UHGV virus genome: UHGV-0147509
DNA from: a virus
DNA: 39,944 nt
Strand: one strand, 5' to 3'
Every line of letters starts with the position of its first letter. The stretch's first letter is position 1. The translations under genes were made by a program, and so were the position numbers. The notes beneath the pieces are model-generated. The model saw only the letters and a list, made by a program, of their open reading frames with translations. It was not told the DNA's origin and did no database searches. Below are positions 17,729 through 26,822 of this stretch, piece by piece.

Positions 17729-18620
17729 CATATCTAATCTAGCCGAAGCCAGAGAGGCCAGAAGGCTACAACAACCGCATCAAAGCAGCGGTAAGGGGTA
17801 TGCCTTGCTGCACCGTAAAATTATGGATGTGCCGTTTTACAAGGACGCAGAAGCTGCGCATCTGTGGGTTCACTTAATCCTCAAAGCAAAGCATACGCCT
17901 GAGTATGTAATGACTGACGCAGGAGAAATTCTGGTAGGCAGAGGGAAGCTACTTGGCGGTAGAAACTCTCTGGCGTTTGAAACAGGACTCAAACCAGATC
18001 GCGTTCAGTACCTGCTTAGAAAGTTCAAAAAACTCGGCATGATTGACTGGGTTTCACACGGTAAATTCTCAGTTTTCTCGGTAGAGAAATATGACGATTA
18101 TCAGTCAAATTTTGTACCAGCAGATTACCAGCAAATTACCACCTCAAAGCCAGCAATACCAATGCCTGTAAGCAATGCTGTACCAGCAGATTACCAGCAA
18201 ATTACCACAGATAAAGAATATAATAATATTATCTCTAATACTGACGTATTAGAGAGTGCCACAGCAGACAAAAAGTCTGACAAGAAAAAACCTTCCGTCA
18301 GCTGTCAGGATGTTGTCGATGCTTACCACGAAATCCTTCCTGAAGCGCCAAGAATCCGCGCACTGAATGACAAGCGTAAAAACCAGATCCGAACGTTCTG
18401 GCGCAAAGCCGGAGTGATAACCCGCCAGCTTGACGGGCATGGGTTCACGATGCAGGACTGGAGAAATTATTTGAGCTACGTAGGCGAAAATTGTCGATGG
18501 ATGTTCGAAGAGCGTCCAAACCATCAACGCGGAACTGTCTGGCACAAAAAGGGATTTGATTTTCTGCTTAACGATAATACCTACCTGAAAGTTCGTGAGG
18601 GTGAACACGATGACCGATAA
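17721..18620 (+). CDS. replication initiator protein (lambda O / P22 gp18-like)
   Basis: 299-aa ORF with SD GGAGAAAGG; contains the in-gene iteron array (repeated [10 protein letters not shown] in the protein), as in lambdoid O genes. Confidence 0.8.
   Translation: MSNISNLAEAREARRLQQPHQSSGKGYALLHRKIMDVPFYKDAEAAHLWVHLILKAKHTPEYVMTDAGEILVGRGKLLGGRNSLAFETGLKPDRVQYLLRKFKKLGMIDWVSHGKFSVFSVEKYDDYQSNFVPADYQQITTSKPAIPMPVSNAVPADYQQITTDKEYNNIISNTDVLESATADKKSDKKKPSVSCQDVVDAYHEILPEAPRIRALNDKRKNQIRTFWRKAGVITRQLDGHGFTMQDWRNYLSYVGENCRWMFEERPNHQRGTVWHKKGFDFLLNDNTYLKVREGEHDDR
18114..18250. repeat. replication origin iterons plus AT-rich region inside the initiator gene
   Basis: 29-bp direct repeat GTACCAGCAGATTACCAGCAAATTACCAC at 18114-18142 and 18180-18208 (each with two ATTACCA sub-repeats), followed by an AT-rich stretch at 18209-18250. 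Confidence 0.6.
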
Positions 18621-20046
18621 TTTTTATGCGCCGCCCCATAGCATCGAGGCAGAGCAGGCGGTGATTGGTGGATTGCTTCTGGATGATGACAGCAGTGAGC
18701 GCGTCCAGAAAGTTCTGGCGATGCTGAAGCCCGATTCATTTTACAGCCGACCACACAAAATCCTTTTCGAAGAAATAACCAGAATGCACCGGGAGCAAAA
18801 GCCAGTAGATGGCCTGACGCTTTTCGATGAACTGGAGCGCAAATCGTTAACGGTGTCTGTTGGCGGTTTTGCTTATATCGCTGAGATCGCAAAGAACACG
18901 CCAAGCGCAGCAAACATCGTTGCCTATGCAATGCAGGTTCGTGAAACCGCAATGGAACGCTACGCCATCAACCGCATGACTGAAGCGATGGAATTGCTCT
19001 ATTCCCGCAACGGAATGACTGCAACGCAGAAGTACGAAGCTATTCAGGCTATTTTCACGCAACTGACAGACCATGCAAAAACCGGATCGCGTCGCGGCCT
19101 TCGCTCATTTGGTGAGGTCATGGAAGACTGGGTTAGCGACCTTGAGAAGCGATTTGACCCGTCAGGTGAACAACGAGGAATGAGCACAGGGATCCCATCG
19201 CTGGACAGGATGCTGTCACCGAAAGGTCTGGTGAAAGGCTCTCTGTTTGTCATTGGCGCTCGCCCTAAGATGGGGAAAACGACGCTATACAGCCAGATGG
19301 CAATCAACTGCGCAGTGCATGAGAAAAAGCCCGCTCTGATGTTCAGCCTTGAAATGCCAGGTGACCAGATACTGGAAAAACTGGTGGGACAGAAGTCAGG
19401 TGTTAACCCGAATATTTTTTACCTTCCGGCGACAAATGACGCTGATGACGGCTATCAGGGTGATTACGATGGTGACTTCAACAGGGCGATCGAAACAGCC
19501 AATCGCTTGAGTGAAATCGACCTGCTTTACATCGACGACACGCCGGGATTATCTCTGGCTCAAATCGTCAGCGAAAGCCGTCGAATCAAGCGAGAAAAAG
19601 GATGTGTTGGCATGATTCTGGTCGATTACCTGACACTAATGACTGCTGAGAAGGCCGATCGCAACGATCTTGCTTACGGCATGATCACCAAAGGACTGAA
19701 GAACCTTGCCAAAGAGCTTGATTGCGTTGTTGTGCTTCTGACGCAGCTTAACCGCGCACTGGAAAGCAGAACCAATAAACGCCCATTACCAAGTGACTCA
19801 CGAGATACAGGGCAGATTGAACAGGATTGCGATTATTGGGTCGGGATCCATCGTGAAGGCGCTTTTGATGACAGTGTTCCACCTGGTGAAACTGAACTAA
19901 TCCTTCGTCTCAATCGTCATGGCAATACCGGCACGGTGTATTGCATTCAGGCAAATGGCGCTATTTATGACACAGACCAACAGTCTGCTGAAATGCGCCG
20001 CCGTGAACGCGAGGAACCGCAGTCCAAGAAGAAAGGAGGATTCTGA
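18610..20046 (+). CDS. replicative DNA helicase, DnaB family (P22 gp12-like)
   Basis: DnaB N-terminal motif PHSIEAEQAVIGGLLLD; Walker A GARPKMGKTT; ATG at 18610 preferred over the track start at 18595. Confidence 0.9.
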   Translation: MTDNFYAPPHSIEAEQAVIGGLLLDDDSSERVQKVLAMLKPDSFYSRPHKILFEEITRMHREQKPVDGLTLFDELERKSLTVSVGGFAYIAEIAKNTPSAANIVAYAMQVRETAMERYAINRMTEAMELLYSRNGMTATQKYEAIQAIFTQLTDHAKTGSRRGLRSFGEVMEDWVSDLEKRFDPSGEQRGMSTGIPSLDRMLSPKGLVKGSLFVIGARPKMGKTTLYSQMAINCAVHEKKPALMFSLEMPGDQILEKLVGQKSGVNPNIFYLPATNDADDGYQGDYDGDFNRAIETANRLSEIDLLYIDDTPGLSLAQIVSESRRIKREKGCVGMILVDYLTLMTAEKADRNDLAYGMITKGLKNLAKELDCVVVLLTQLNRALESRTNKRPLPSDSRDTGQIEQDCDYWVGIHREGAFDDSVPPGETELILRLNRHGNTGTVYCIQANGAIYDTDQQSAEMRRREREEPQSKKKGGF

Positions 20047-20315
20047 TGAATAAAAAACAATTAGCCATTCTCGAAAAGGCATGGGATGCACAAATATCAT
20101 GCGCTTTGAAAGAACAGGCACTACCAATAATCCAGACCAAATCGAAAATAGCCAGGCAGTTATGCGATGACGGATTCCTGAACGAAGTTGAGATTACGCA
20201 CCAGATGGTAACGTTCAAAGGGTATGAGATAAATCATCATGGTATAGCAGCGTATTGTTCCCATCTTCCTGATGACGTTGACATTGATGAAATGGAAAGG
20301 GAGATGAAGCAATGA
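20046..20315 (+). CDS. hypothetical nin-region protein
   Basis: 89-aa ORF; ATG overlaps the helicase stop (ATGA). Confidence 0.5.
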   Translation: MNKKQLAILEKAWDAQISCALKEQALPIIQTKSKIARQLCDDGFLNEVEITHQMVTFKGYEINHHGIAAYCSHLPDDVDIDEMEREMKQ

Positions 20316-20387
20316 CCATCTACATCACTGAGCTAATAACAGGCCTGCTGGTAATCGCAGTCCTTTTTATTTGGGGGAGAGTAAATC

Positions 20388-20594
20388 GTGGTTAAGTTTA
20401 TGCTCGTCGCACTCAAATGCGTTGGCGTTGGATGGATTCTTCTGACGTTTTTTATTGTTCTGCATAGCTACATTCGTCTTGTGAATGACGGTAAAGACCC
20501 ATGGTATACGTTGTTTGGCGCTGCATTTGTCTGGGTGATTATCGGTGTTATGCCTGTCGCTGTAGCAAAAATGGCGTGGCGTTTTGTGAATTGA
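20388..20594 (+). CDS. hypothetical small membrane protein (two hydrophobic helices)
   Basis: 68-aa ORF with GTG start preceded by GGGGGAG; hydrophobic helices WILLTFFIVL and AFVWVIIGVMPVAVA. Confidence 0.4.
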   Translation: MVKFMLVALKCVGVGWILLTFFIVLHSYIRLVNDGKDPWYTLFGAAFVWVIIGVMPVAVAKMAWRFVN

Positions 20595-20611
20595 ACTGAG
20601 GGTAAGTATCG

Positions 20612-20878
20612 ATGGACGAATCAAGAAAGCAGTTTGAAGAATGGTTTGAAAATTACACCGGATGTGATCCTAAAAATAAAATATACGCCAATATGGTTGA
20701 GATGTATTGGCAAGCGTGGCAGGCATCGCGAGCAGCTATCGAGATTGAGTGTCCTGGAAAAAGAGAGCGTGAGGCATTTTCTACCGATTTCGAGGATGGG
20801 GTCACATTTGGTTATAACGACGCAATTAGTGAATGCGAAGGACGGATTCGCGCCGCTGGAATCAAAGTGAAGGAGTGA
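20612..20878 (+). CDS. hypothetical nin-region protein
   Basis: 88-aa ORF with ATG start. Confidence 0.5.
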   Translation: MDESRKQFEEWFENYTGCDPKNKIYANMVEMYWQAWQASRAAIEIECPGKREREAFSTDFEDGVTFGYNDAISECEGRIRAAGIKVKE

Positions 20879-20880
20879 GT

Positions 20881-21045
20881 ATGAGCGCATACGAAGAAAT
20901 CATGTTAGCCCTGCGATTCTTTTTCGGTGTGGAAGAAGATGAAAACGTAAATGAGATTATCGGGCAAGACCATGACCCGATAGGGACTATTGCAGCTGCA
21001 CTTGACGATTACAGGAGCGTAAATGGTGAGGAAACTAACGTTTGA
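20881..21045 (+). CDS. hypothetical small protein
   Basis: Internal ATG of ORF 20833..21045, directly after the upstream stop; overlaps the next gene start by 23 nt. Confidence 0.35.
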   Translation: MSAYEEIMLALRFFFGVEEDENVNEIIGQDHDPIGTIAAALDDYRSVNGEETNV

Positions 21046-21613
21046 ACTAAGAAGCCCCATCCATCAGCAAAACGCTATTCACGCAGTACAGCAAATCCTT
21101 CCAGACCCAACCAAACCAATCAATCAAATAACTCAGCAGAGACTAAAAGAAGTCCTTCTCTACGATGAGTTAACAGGGAAATTCACATGGAAAGTAAAGA
21201 AATGCCAGAGAATGAATGCTGGGGATATCGCAGGGCATAAGAGTAGCGAAGGCTACTGGGTAATAAAAGTCGATGGAAAACTTTATAAGGCACACAGGCT
21301 GGCGTGGCTCTATATGAATGGCAGTCTACCAAAAAGTGATATCGACCACATAAATCTCGTTAGGGATGACAATCGTATAGCAAATCTTAGATTGGCAACT
21401 CGATCTCAAAACATCCAAAACGTAAACAAAAAGGCAAATAACAAATCAGGATATAAAGGCGTTTCATGGGATAAGAAATCAAGAAAATGGAGGGCGCAAA
21501 TCGTAATCAACAAGAGGAAAGTTAATCTTGGGTTTTACGATGACCCAAAGGAAGCTCATAAAGTATATGCAAATAAAGCGGATGAATGTTTCGGCGAATT
21601 TGCGAGGTATTAA
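21023..21613 (+). CDS. HNH homing endonuclease with AP2 DNA-binding domain, fused in frame to the N-terminal ~31 codons of ninB
   Basis: N-terminus KLTFELRSPIHQQNAIHAVQQILPDPTKPI matches recalled lambda NinB N-terminus; remainder carries HNH-like (AHRLAWLYMNG ... DHINLVRDDNRIANLRLATRSQN) and AP2-like (YKGVSWDKKSRKWRAQI) motifs. Confidence 0.75.
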   Translation: MVRKLTFELRSPIHQQNAIHAVQQILPDPTKPINQITQQRLKEVLLYDELTGKFTWKVKKCQRMNAGDIAGHKSSEGYWVIKVDGKLYKAHRLAWLYMNGSLPKSDIDHINLVRDDNRIANLRLATRSQNIQNVNKKANNKSGYKGVSWDKKSRKWRAQIVINKRKVNLGFYDDPKEAHKVYANKADECFGEFARY

Positions 21614-21614
21614 A

Positions 21615-22043
21615 ATGAAATGTGTCAAATATCACCTTACTAATGAATCTATAAGATATAACGCCATTCAGTATCTTAGGACATGCGATTTAGACATCAT
21701 TGTCGAGTTTAAGCAACGCAACCGCAGCTTAGACCAAAACAGAAAGCTATGGGCCTGCTTAGGTGACGTCTCGCGTCAGGTTGAATGGCATGGTCGCTGG
21801 CTGGATGCAGAAAGCTGGAAGTGTGTGTTTACCGCAGCATTAAAGCAGCAGGACGTTGTTCCTAACCTTGCCGGGAATGGCTTTGTGGTAATAGGCCAGT
21901 CAACCAGCAGGATGCGTGTAAGCGAATTTGCGGAGCTATTAGAGCTTATACAGGCATTCGGTACAGAGCGTGGCGTTAAGTGGTCAGACGAAGCGCGACT
22001 GGCTCTCGAATGGAAAGCGCGATGGGGAGACAGGGCGGCATGA
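21615..22043 (+). CDS. ninB: NinB recombination protein, C-terminal portion (split gene)
   Basis: ATG at 21615, 2 nt after the HNH stop, with GAGG SD; from ...[37 protein letters not shown] onward matches recalled lambda NinB residues ~32-146; first ~27 aa are unrelated. Confidence 0.75.
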   Translation: MKCVKYHLTNESIRYNAIQYLRTCDLDIIVEFKQRNRSLDQNRKLWACLGDVSRQVEWHGRWLDAESWKCVFTAALKQQDVVPNLAGNGFVVIGQSTSRMRVSEFAELLELIQAFGTERGVKWSDEARLALEWKARWGDRAA

Positions 22044-22216
22044 GACGACAGCGACGAAGTATCACCGACATCATCTGCGAAAACTGCAAATACCTTCCAA
22101 CGAAACGCTCCAGAAATAAACGCAAGCAAATCCCAAAAGAATCTGACGTAAAAACCTTCAACTACACGGCTCACCTGTGGGATATCCGGTGGCTAAGACA
22201 TCGTGCGAGGAAATGA
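22040..22216 (+). CDS. ninE: NinE
   Basis: [58 protein letters not shown] is near-identical to recalled lambda NinE; ATG overlaps the ninB stop. Confidence 0.8.
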   Translation: MRRQRRSITDIICENCKYLPTKRSRNKRKQIPKESDVKTFNYTAHLWDIRWLRHRARK

Positions 22217-22578
22217 CAATGGATTATTCACAGTTAAGTGATTTTGAAATTAACGTGGCGGTATTCGAAGCCATTCATAACGGATCACCGGATTACAAAG
22301 AAGGTGAGAATGGCGATATGGTGTTTGTCTCATTTGAGGGAGACATTGTAAACGGAGACGCAGTTGAAGTAGAAGTTGAGCGCGGATCCTTTAACCCATG
22401 CGCAAACCCAGCAGACGCATGGCCGATTATTGAAAAATACAGGATTAGCATTATCAATCTCGATGAAGACGAGTGGGGTGCACGCGGTGTGGCCTACTGT
22501 AAATCTAAGCGAGCTATACATGAAAATCCCCTCCGCGCCGCCATGATTGTCTTTCTCATGATGCAGAGAATCCAATAA
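22213..22578 (+). CDS. NinX-like (DUF2591-type) protein
   Basis: ATG at 22213 with GAGGAAA SD (track start is an upstream GTG at 22177); family assignment from recalled motif PCxNPxDAWPII, unverified. Confidence 0.45.
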   Translation: MTMDYSQLSDFEINVAVFEAIHNGSPDYKEGENGDMVFVSFEGDIVNGDAVEVEVERGSFNPCANPADAWPIIEKYRISIINLDEDEWGARGVAYCKSKRAIHENPLRAAMIVFLMMQRIQ

Positions 22579-22757
22579 TGCTTAGCCCATCCCAATCCAT
22601 TCAATACCAGAAAGAAAGCGTCGAGCGAGCTTTAACGTGCGCTAACTGCGGTCAGAAGCTGCATGTGCTGGAAGTTCACGTGTGTGAGCACTGCTGCGCA
22701 GAACTGATGAGCGATCCGAATAGCTCAATGTACGAGGAAGAAGACGATGGTGATTAG
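22578..22757 (+). CDS. ninF: NinF-like small zinc-binding protein
   Basis: 59-aa ORF not in the ORF track; CANCGQK...CEHCC cysteine pairs; size and position as lambda NinF. Confidence 0.65.
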   Translation: MLSPSQSIQYQKESVERALTCANCGQKLHVLEVHVCEHCCAELMSDPNSSMYEEEDDGD

Positions 22758-23139
22758 CCGATACGGACAAATAACGTTTAAACATTTTCAAGACAATCCA
22801 ACATGGGCTGCTGCGGCTGGATATGACTTTAATTATTTTGATTGTCTGTCAGTCGCATGTATTGCAACTACCAATGTTGCTAACAACATAATCGATGAAT
22901 TCTTGGATTTTCCAGACTGTCAGGTCAGAGAGTTGCCTGCATTTTTTGTGAAAGTATCTGTTGCTACAGCTCTGTTATTTATTTTGTTATTCGCATATCC
23001 ATTGCTTGCCGTATTTGTTTATGTGAGATGCAAGCACTCACAAAAGGAATACAGCGGAGAGCATACCGATATTACCAGCCAAAATATGCGAGTGTGGTTG
23101 AGGAGATGCCAAGAGAAATGGGGGAGAAGTCATGGCTAA
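22747..23139 (+). CDS. hypothetical membrane protein (nin-region moron)
   Basis: 130-aa AT-rich ORF overlapping the ninF end by 11 nt; hydrophobic helix VSVATALLFILLFAYPLLAVFVYV. Confidence 0.45.
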   Translation: MVISRYGQITFKHFQDNPTWAAAAGYDFNYFDCLSVACIATTNVANNIIDEFLDFPDCQVRELPAFFVKVSVATALLFILLFAYPLLAVFVYVRCKHSQKEYSGEHTDITSQNMRVWLRRCQEKWGRSHG

Positions 23140-23422
23140 CCTACGCAAAGAAGCACGCGGCAGAGAATGCCAGGTACGTATTTACGGCGTATGCAATGGC
23201 AATCCTGAAACTACAGTTCTGGCACATTACCGGATGGCTGGAATTTGCGGAACGGGAATGAAGCCTGACGACCTGATCGGCGCATGGGCTTGTAGCGCGT
23301 GTCACGATGAAATCGACCGACGCACCCATAATCTCGACAACAAAGACGCCAGACTTTACCACCTCGAAGGCGTGATCAGGACGCAGGCGATACTGCTGAA
23401 GGAGGGGAAGATTAAGTCATGA
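23132..23422 (+). CDS. YbcO-like (DUF1364) putative nuclease
   Basis: RGRECQVRIYGVCNGNPETTVLAHYR...ACSACHDEIDRR resembles recalled Rac prophage YbcO; directly upstream of rusA as in E. coli prophages. Confidence 0.65.
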   Translation: MANLRKEARGRECQVRIYGVCNGNPETTVLAHYRMAGICGTGMKPDDLIGAWACSACHDEIDRRTHNLDNKDARLYHLEGVIRTQAILLKEGKIKS

Positions 23423-23781
23423 ACGAATATCAGTTTGTGCTTCCTTACCCGCCGTCGGTGAATACCTACTGGCGAAGACGGGGAAGCCAATACTACATCA
23501 GCGATAAAGGCCAGAAATACCGAAAAGACGTTCAGCAAATCATCCGCCAACTCAAGTTAGATATTTTCACCAAATCACGACTCCGTATCAAAGTCATCGC
23601 AGACGTTCCAGACTCCCGCCGCCGCGACCTCGACAACATCCTGAAAGGTTTACTCGACTCCCTTATCCACGCCGGATTTGCGGAAGACGACGAGCAATTC
23701 GATGACATTCGCGTAATTCGTGGCGTGAAAGTACCAGGCGGAAGGCTTGGAATAAAAATCACCGAACTGGAGAGCGTATGA
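23419..23781 (+). CDS. rusA: RusA Holliday junction resolvase
   Basis: 120-aa protein with RusA-family features (YPPSVNTYW N-terminus, DLDNILKGLLDSL); overlapping start/stop with neighbours. Confidence 0.85.
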   Translation: MNEYQFVLPYPPSVNTYWRRRGSQYYISDKGQKYRKDVQQIIRQLKLDIFTKSRLRIKVIADVPDSRRRDLDNILKGLLDSLIHAGFAEDDEQFDDIRVIRGVKVPGGRLGIKITELESV

Positions 23782-23966
23782 ACGCCACAATTCAAACGAT
23801 ACCAGAGCTTCTTATCCAGACACGAGGCAATCAGACCGAAGTGGCGAGGATGCTTTCCTGCGCAAGAGGAACAGTGCTCAAGTACAACCGAGACAGCAAA
23901 GGCGAGCGTCATGTAATAGTTAACGGCGTCCTGATGGTCAAACAGGGCAAGAGGGGAAGACGATGA
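23778..23966 (+). CDS. ninH: NinH-like DNA-binding protein
   Basis: NQTEVARMLSCARGTVLKYNRDSKGERHVIVNGVLMV resembles recalled lambda NinH. Confidence 0.75.
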   Translation: MNATIQTIPELLIQTRGNQTEVARMLSCARGTVLKYNRDSKGERHVIVNGVLMVKQGKRGRR

Positions 23967-24586
23967 GACTCGAAAGCGTAGCTAAATTTCATTCGCCAAA
24001 AAGCCCGATGATGAGCGACTCACCACGGGCTACGGCTTCTGACTCTCTTTCCGGTACTGATGTGATGGCTGCTATGGGGATGGCGCAATCACAAGCCGGA
24101 TTCGGTATGGCTGCATTCTGCGGTAAGCACGAACTCAGCCAGAACGACAAACAAAAGGCTATCAACTATCTGATGCAATTTGCACACAAGGTATCGGGGA
24201 AATACCGTGGTGTGGCAAAGCTCGAAGGAAATACTAAGGCAAAGGTACTGCAAGTGCTCGCAACATTCGCTTATGCTGATTATTGCCGTAGTGCCGCGAC
24301 GCCGGGCGCAAGATGCAGAGATTGCCACGGTACAGGTCGGGCGGTTGATATAGCCAAAACGGAGCAGTGGGGGAGAGTTGTCGAGAAAGAGTGCGGAAGA
24401 TGCAAAGGCGTCGGTTATTCAAGAATGCCAGCAAGCGCCGCATATCGCGCTGTAACGATGCTAATCCCAAACCTTACTCAACCCACCTGGTCACGCACTG
24501 TTAAGCCGCTGTATGACGCTCTGGTGGTGCAATGCCACAAGGAAGAGTCAATTGCAGACAACATTTTGAATGCGGTCACACGTTAG
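23963..24586 (+). CDS. Q: late-gene antiterminator Q (lambda-type)
   Basis: 207-aa protein matching recalled lambda Q over its length (MRLESVAKFHSPKSPMMSDSPRATASDSLSG...); followed by a PR'-like promoter. Confidence 0.9.
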   Translation: MRLESVAKFHSPKSPMMSDSPRATASDSLSGTDVMAAMGMAQSQAGFGMAAFCGKHELSQNDKQKAINYLMQFAHKVSGKYRGVAKLEGNTKAKVLQVLATFAYADYCRSAATPGARCRDCHGTGRAVDIAKTEQWGRVVEKECGRCKGVGYSRMPASAAYRAVTMLIPNLTQPTWSRTVKPLYDALVVQCHKEESIADNILNAVTR

Positions 24587-24628
24587 CAGCATGATTGCCA
24601 CGGATGGCAACATATTAACGGCATAATA

Positions 24629-24657
24629 TTGACTTATTGAATAAAATTGGGTAAATT
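24629..24657 (+). promoter_or_regulatory. late promoter PR' (lambda-like)
   Basis: TTGACT at 24629-24634, 17-bp spacer, TAAATT at 24652-24657; sequence context recalled as lambda PR'. Confidence 0.6.
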
Positions 24658-24663
24658 TGACTC

Positions 24664-24858
24664 AACGATGGGTTAATTCGCTCGTTGTGGTAGTGAGATG
24701 AAAAGAGGCGGCGCTTACTACCGATTCCGCCTAGTTGGTCACTTCGACGTATCGTCTGGAACTCCAACCATCGCAGGCAGAGAGGTCTGCAAAATGCAAC
24801 CACGAAACAGTTCGCAGGTAATAGTTAGAGCCTGCATAACGGTTTCGGGATTTTTTAT
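24664..24858 (+). ncRNA. 6S-like short late leader transcript ending at tR'
   Basis: About 195 nt from the PR' start region to a T6 run at 24851-24856, matching the length of the recalled lambda 6S RNA; no ORF of significance; ends approximate. Confidence 0.4.
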
Positions 24859-25262
24859 ATCTGCAAAACAGGTAAGAGCATTGAGTCGATAATCGTGAAG
24901 AGTCGGCGAGCCTGGTTAGCCAGTGCTCTTTCCGTTGTGCTGAATTAAGCGAATACCGGAAGCAGAACCGGATCACCAAATGCGTACAGGCGTCATCGCC
25001 GCCCAGCAACAGCACAACCCAAACTGAGCCGTAGCCACTGGTTATCCTGAACTCATCAGTGATAGTTATGCTGCGGCCTTCTACATATGACCTTCGTGAA
25101 AGCGGGTGGCAAGAGGCTGCGCTAACAACCTCATGCCGTTTTGCCCGTGCATATCGGTCACGAACAAATCTGATTACTAAACACAGTAGCCTGGATTTGT
25201 TCTATCAGTAATCGACCTTATTCCTAATTAAATAGAGCAAATCCCCTTATTGGGGGTAAGAC

Positions 25263-25586
25263 ATGAAGATGCCAGAAAAACATGACCTGTTAGCCGCCAT
25301 TCTCGCGGCAAAGGAACAAGGCATCGGGGCAATCCTTGCGTTTGCAATGGCGTACCTTCGCGGCAGATATAATGGAGGTGCGTTTACAAAAACAGTAATC
25401 GACGCAACGATGTGCGCCATTATCGCCTGGTTCATTCGTGACCTTCTCGACTTCGCCGGACTAAGTAGCAATCTCGCTTATATAACGAGCGTGTTCATCG
25501 GCTACATCGGTACTGACTCGATTGGTTCGCTTATCAAACGCTTCGCTGCTAAAAAAGCCGGAGTAGAAGATGGTGGAAATCAATAA
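25263..25586 (+). CDS. S: holin/antiholin S (lambda S-type, class I holin)
   Basis: 107-aa protein [36 protein letters not shown] matching recalled lambda S, including the dual-start Met1/Met3 arrangement. Confidence 0.9.
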   Translation: MKMPEKHDLLAAILAAKEQGIGAILAFAMAYLRGRYNGGAFTKTVIDATMCAIIAWFIRDLLDFAGLSSNLAYITSVFIGYIGTDSIGSLIKRFAAKKAGVEDGGNQ

Positions 25587-26046
25587 TCAACGTAAGGCGT
25601 TCCTCGATATGCTGGCGTGGTCAGAGGGAACTGATAATGGACGTCAGAAAACCAGGAATCATGGTTATGACGTCATTGTAGGCGGAGAGCTATTCACTGA
25701 TTACTCCGATCACCCTCGCAAACTTGTCACGCTAAACCCCAAACTCAAATCAACAGCAGCCGGACGTTACCAGCTTCTTTCCCGTTGGTGGGATGCCTAT
25801 CGTAAGCAGCTTGGCCTGAAAGACTTCTCTCCGAAAAGCCAGGACGCTGTGGCACTGCAACAGATTAAAGAGCGTGGCGCTTTACCGATGATTGATCGCG
25901 GTGATATCCGTCAGGCAATCGACCGTTGCAGCAATATCTGGGCTTCACTGCCGGGGGCTGGTTACGGTCAGTTCGAGCATAAGGTTGACAGCCTGATTGC
26001 AAAATTCAAAGAAGCTGGCGGAACGGTCAGAGAGATTGAGGTATGA
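25570..26046 (+). CDS. R: endolysin R (lambda-type lytic transglycosylase)
   Basis: 158-aa protein [24 protein letters not shown] matching recalled lambda R; overlaps the S stop. Confidence 0.9.
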   Translation: MVEINNQRKAFLDMLAWSEGTDNGRQKTRNHGYDVIVGGELFTDYSDHPRKLVTLNPKLKSTAAGRYQLLSRWWDAYRKQLGLKDFSPKSQDAVALQQIKERGALPMIDRGDIRQAIDRCSNIWASLPGAGYGQFEHKVDSLIAKFKEAGGTVREIEV

Positions 26047-26480
26047 GCAGAGTCACTGCGATTATCTCCGCTCTGGTTATCTGCATCATCGTCTGCCTGT
26101 CATGGGCTGTTAATCATTACCGTGATAACGCCATGACCTACAAAGAGCAGCGCGATAAAGCCACATCCATCATCGCTGATATGCAGAAGCGGCAACATGA
26201 TGTAGCAGAACTCGACGCCAGATACACAAAGGAGCTTGCTGATGCTAACGCGACTATCGAAAGTCTCCGTGCTGATGTTTCTGCTGGTCGTAAACGCCTG
26301 CAAGTCGCCGCCACCTGTGCAAAGTCAACGACCGGAGCCAGCAGCATGGGCGATGGAGAAAGCCCAAGACTTACAGCAGATGCTGAACTCAATTATTACC
26401 GTCTCCGAAGTGGAATCGACAGGATAACCGCGCAGGTTAACTACTTGCAGGAGTACATCAGGACGCAATGCCTTCGATGA
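26043..26480 (+). CDS. Rz: i-spanin Rz
   Basis: N-terminus [30 protein letters not shown] matches recalled lambda Rz; N-terminal TM plus coiled coil. Confidence 0.85.
   Translation: MSRVTAIISALVICIIVCLSWAVNHYRDNAMTYKEQRDKATSIIADMQKRQHDVAELDARYTKELADANATIESLRADVSAGRKRLQVAATCAKSTTGASSMGDGESPRLTADAELNYYRLRSGIDRITAQVNYLQEYIRTQCLR
26236..26427 (+). CDS. Rz1: o-spanin Rz1 embedded in the +1 frame of Rz
   Basis: 63-aa ORF wholly inside Rz; lipoprotein-like N-terminus with lipobox-type Cys (LVVNAC) and a Pro-rich segment. Confidence 0.75.
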   Translation: MLMLTRLSKVSVLMFLLVVNACKSPPPVQSQRPEPAAWAMEKAQDLQQMLNSIITVSEVESTG

Positions 26481-26822
26481 TAGCGATAATTTTACTCATC
26501 ATCCTTCACATCTGGCTCTGTAGACAGGGTGATGATCACTTCTGGAGTGAATCCAGATTAAACATCTCATTGCTGATGCTTGATATTGAGCATCTGGCGC
26601 GCGGTAAGGGGCTGCGTTGAGATAAGAGCCAGTCATTACAAACACCAGGATTTAGCCTCGCATTCGCGGGGCTTTTTTATATCTGAATTTCACAGCGCAT
26701 CTCACGCGCATATTAACGAGAGCCTTTCAGTAAGCGAGCCTGAGAAATGCCGTTATAGGTGGCGACCTCTCTCGGGCGGCTTTTCTGTGAGACAGGCTCA
26801 CTTTCTAAAAGGTAAAGACGCT

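Noticed and set aside
23028-23261. 77-aa ORF spanning the junction of the 130-aa membrane ORF and the YbcO-like gene
   Set aside because: Out of frame with two better-supported neighbours and lacking an RBS.
24089-24470. Minus-strand ORFs 24089..24328 and 24234..24470 inside Q
   Set aside because: Antisense to the well-conserved Q gene.
24698-25015. ORFs 24698..24892 (+) and 24731..25015 (-) in the Q-S intergenic region
   Set aside because: The region corresponds to the lambda PR'/6S leader, which is non-coding in lambda; the translations are not protein-like.
26580-26822. Upstream 81-codon extension of the Rha ORF (track start 26580)
   Set aside because: The leader translation is non-protein-like and spans a terminator-like hairpin; the conserved Rha N-terminus begins at the ATG at 26823.
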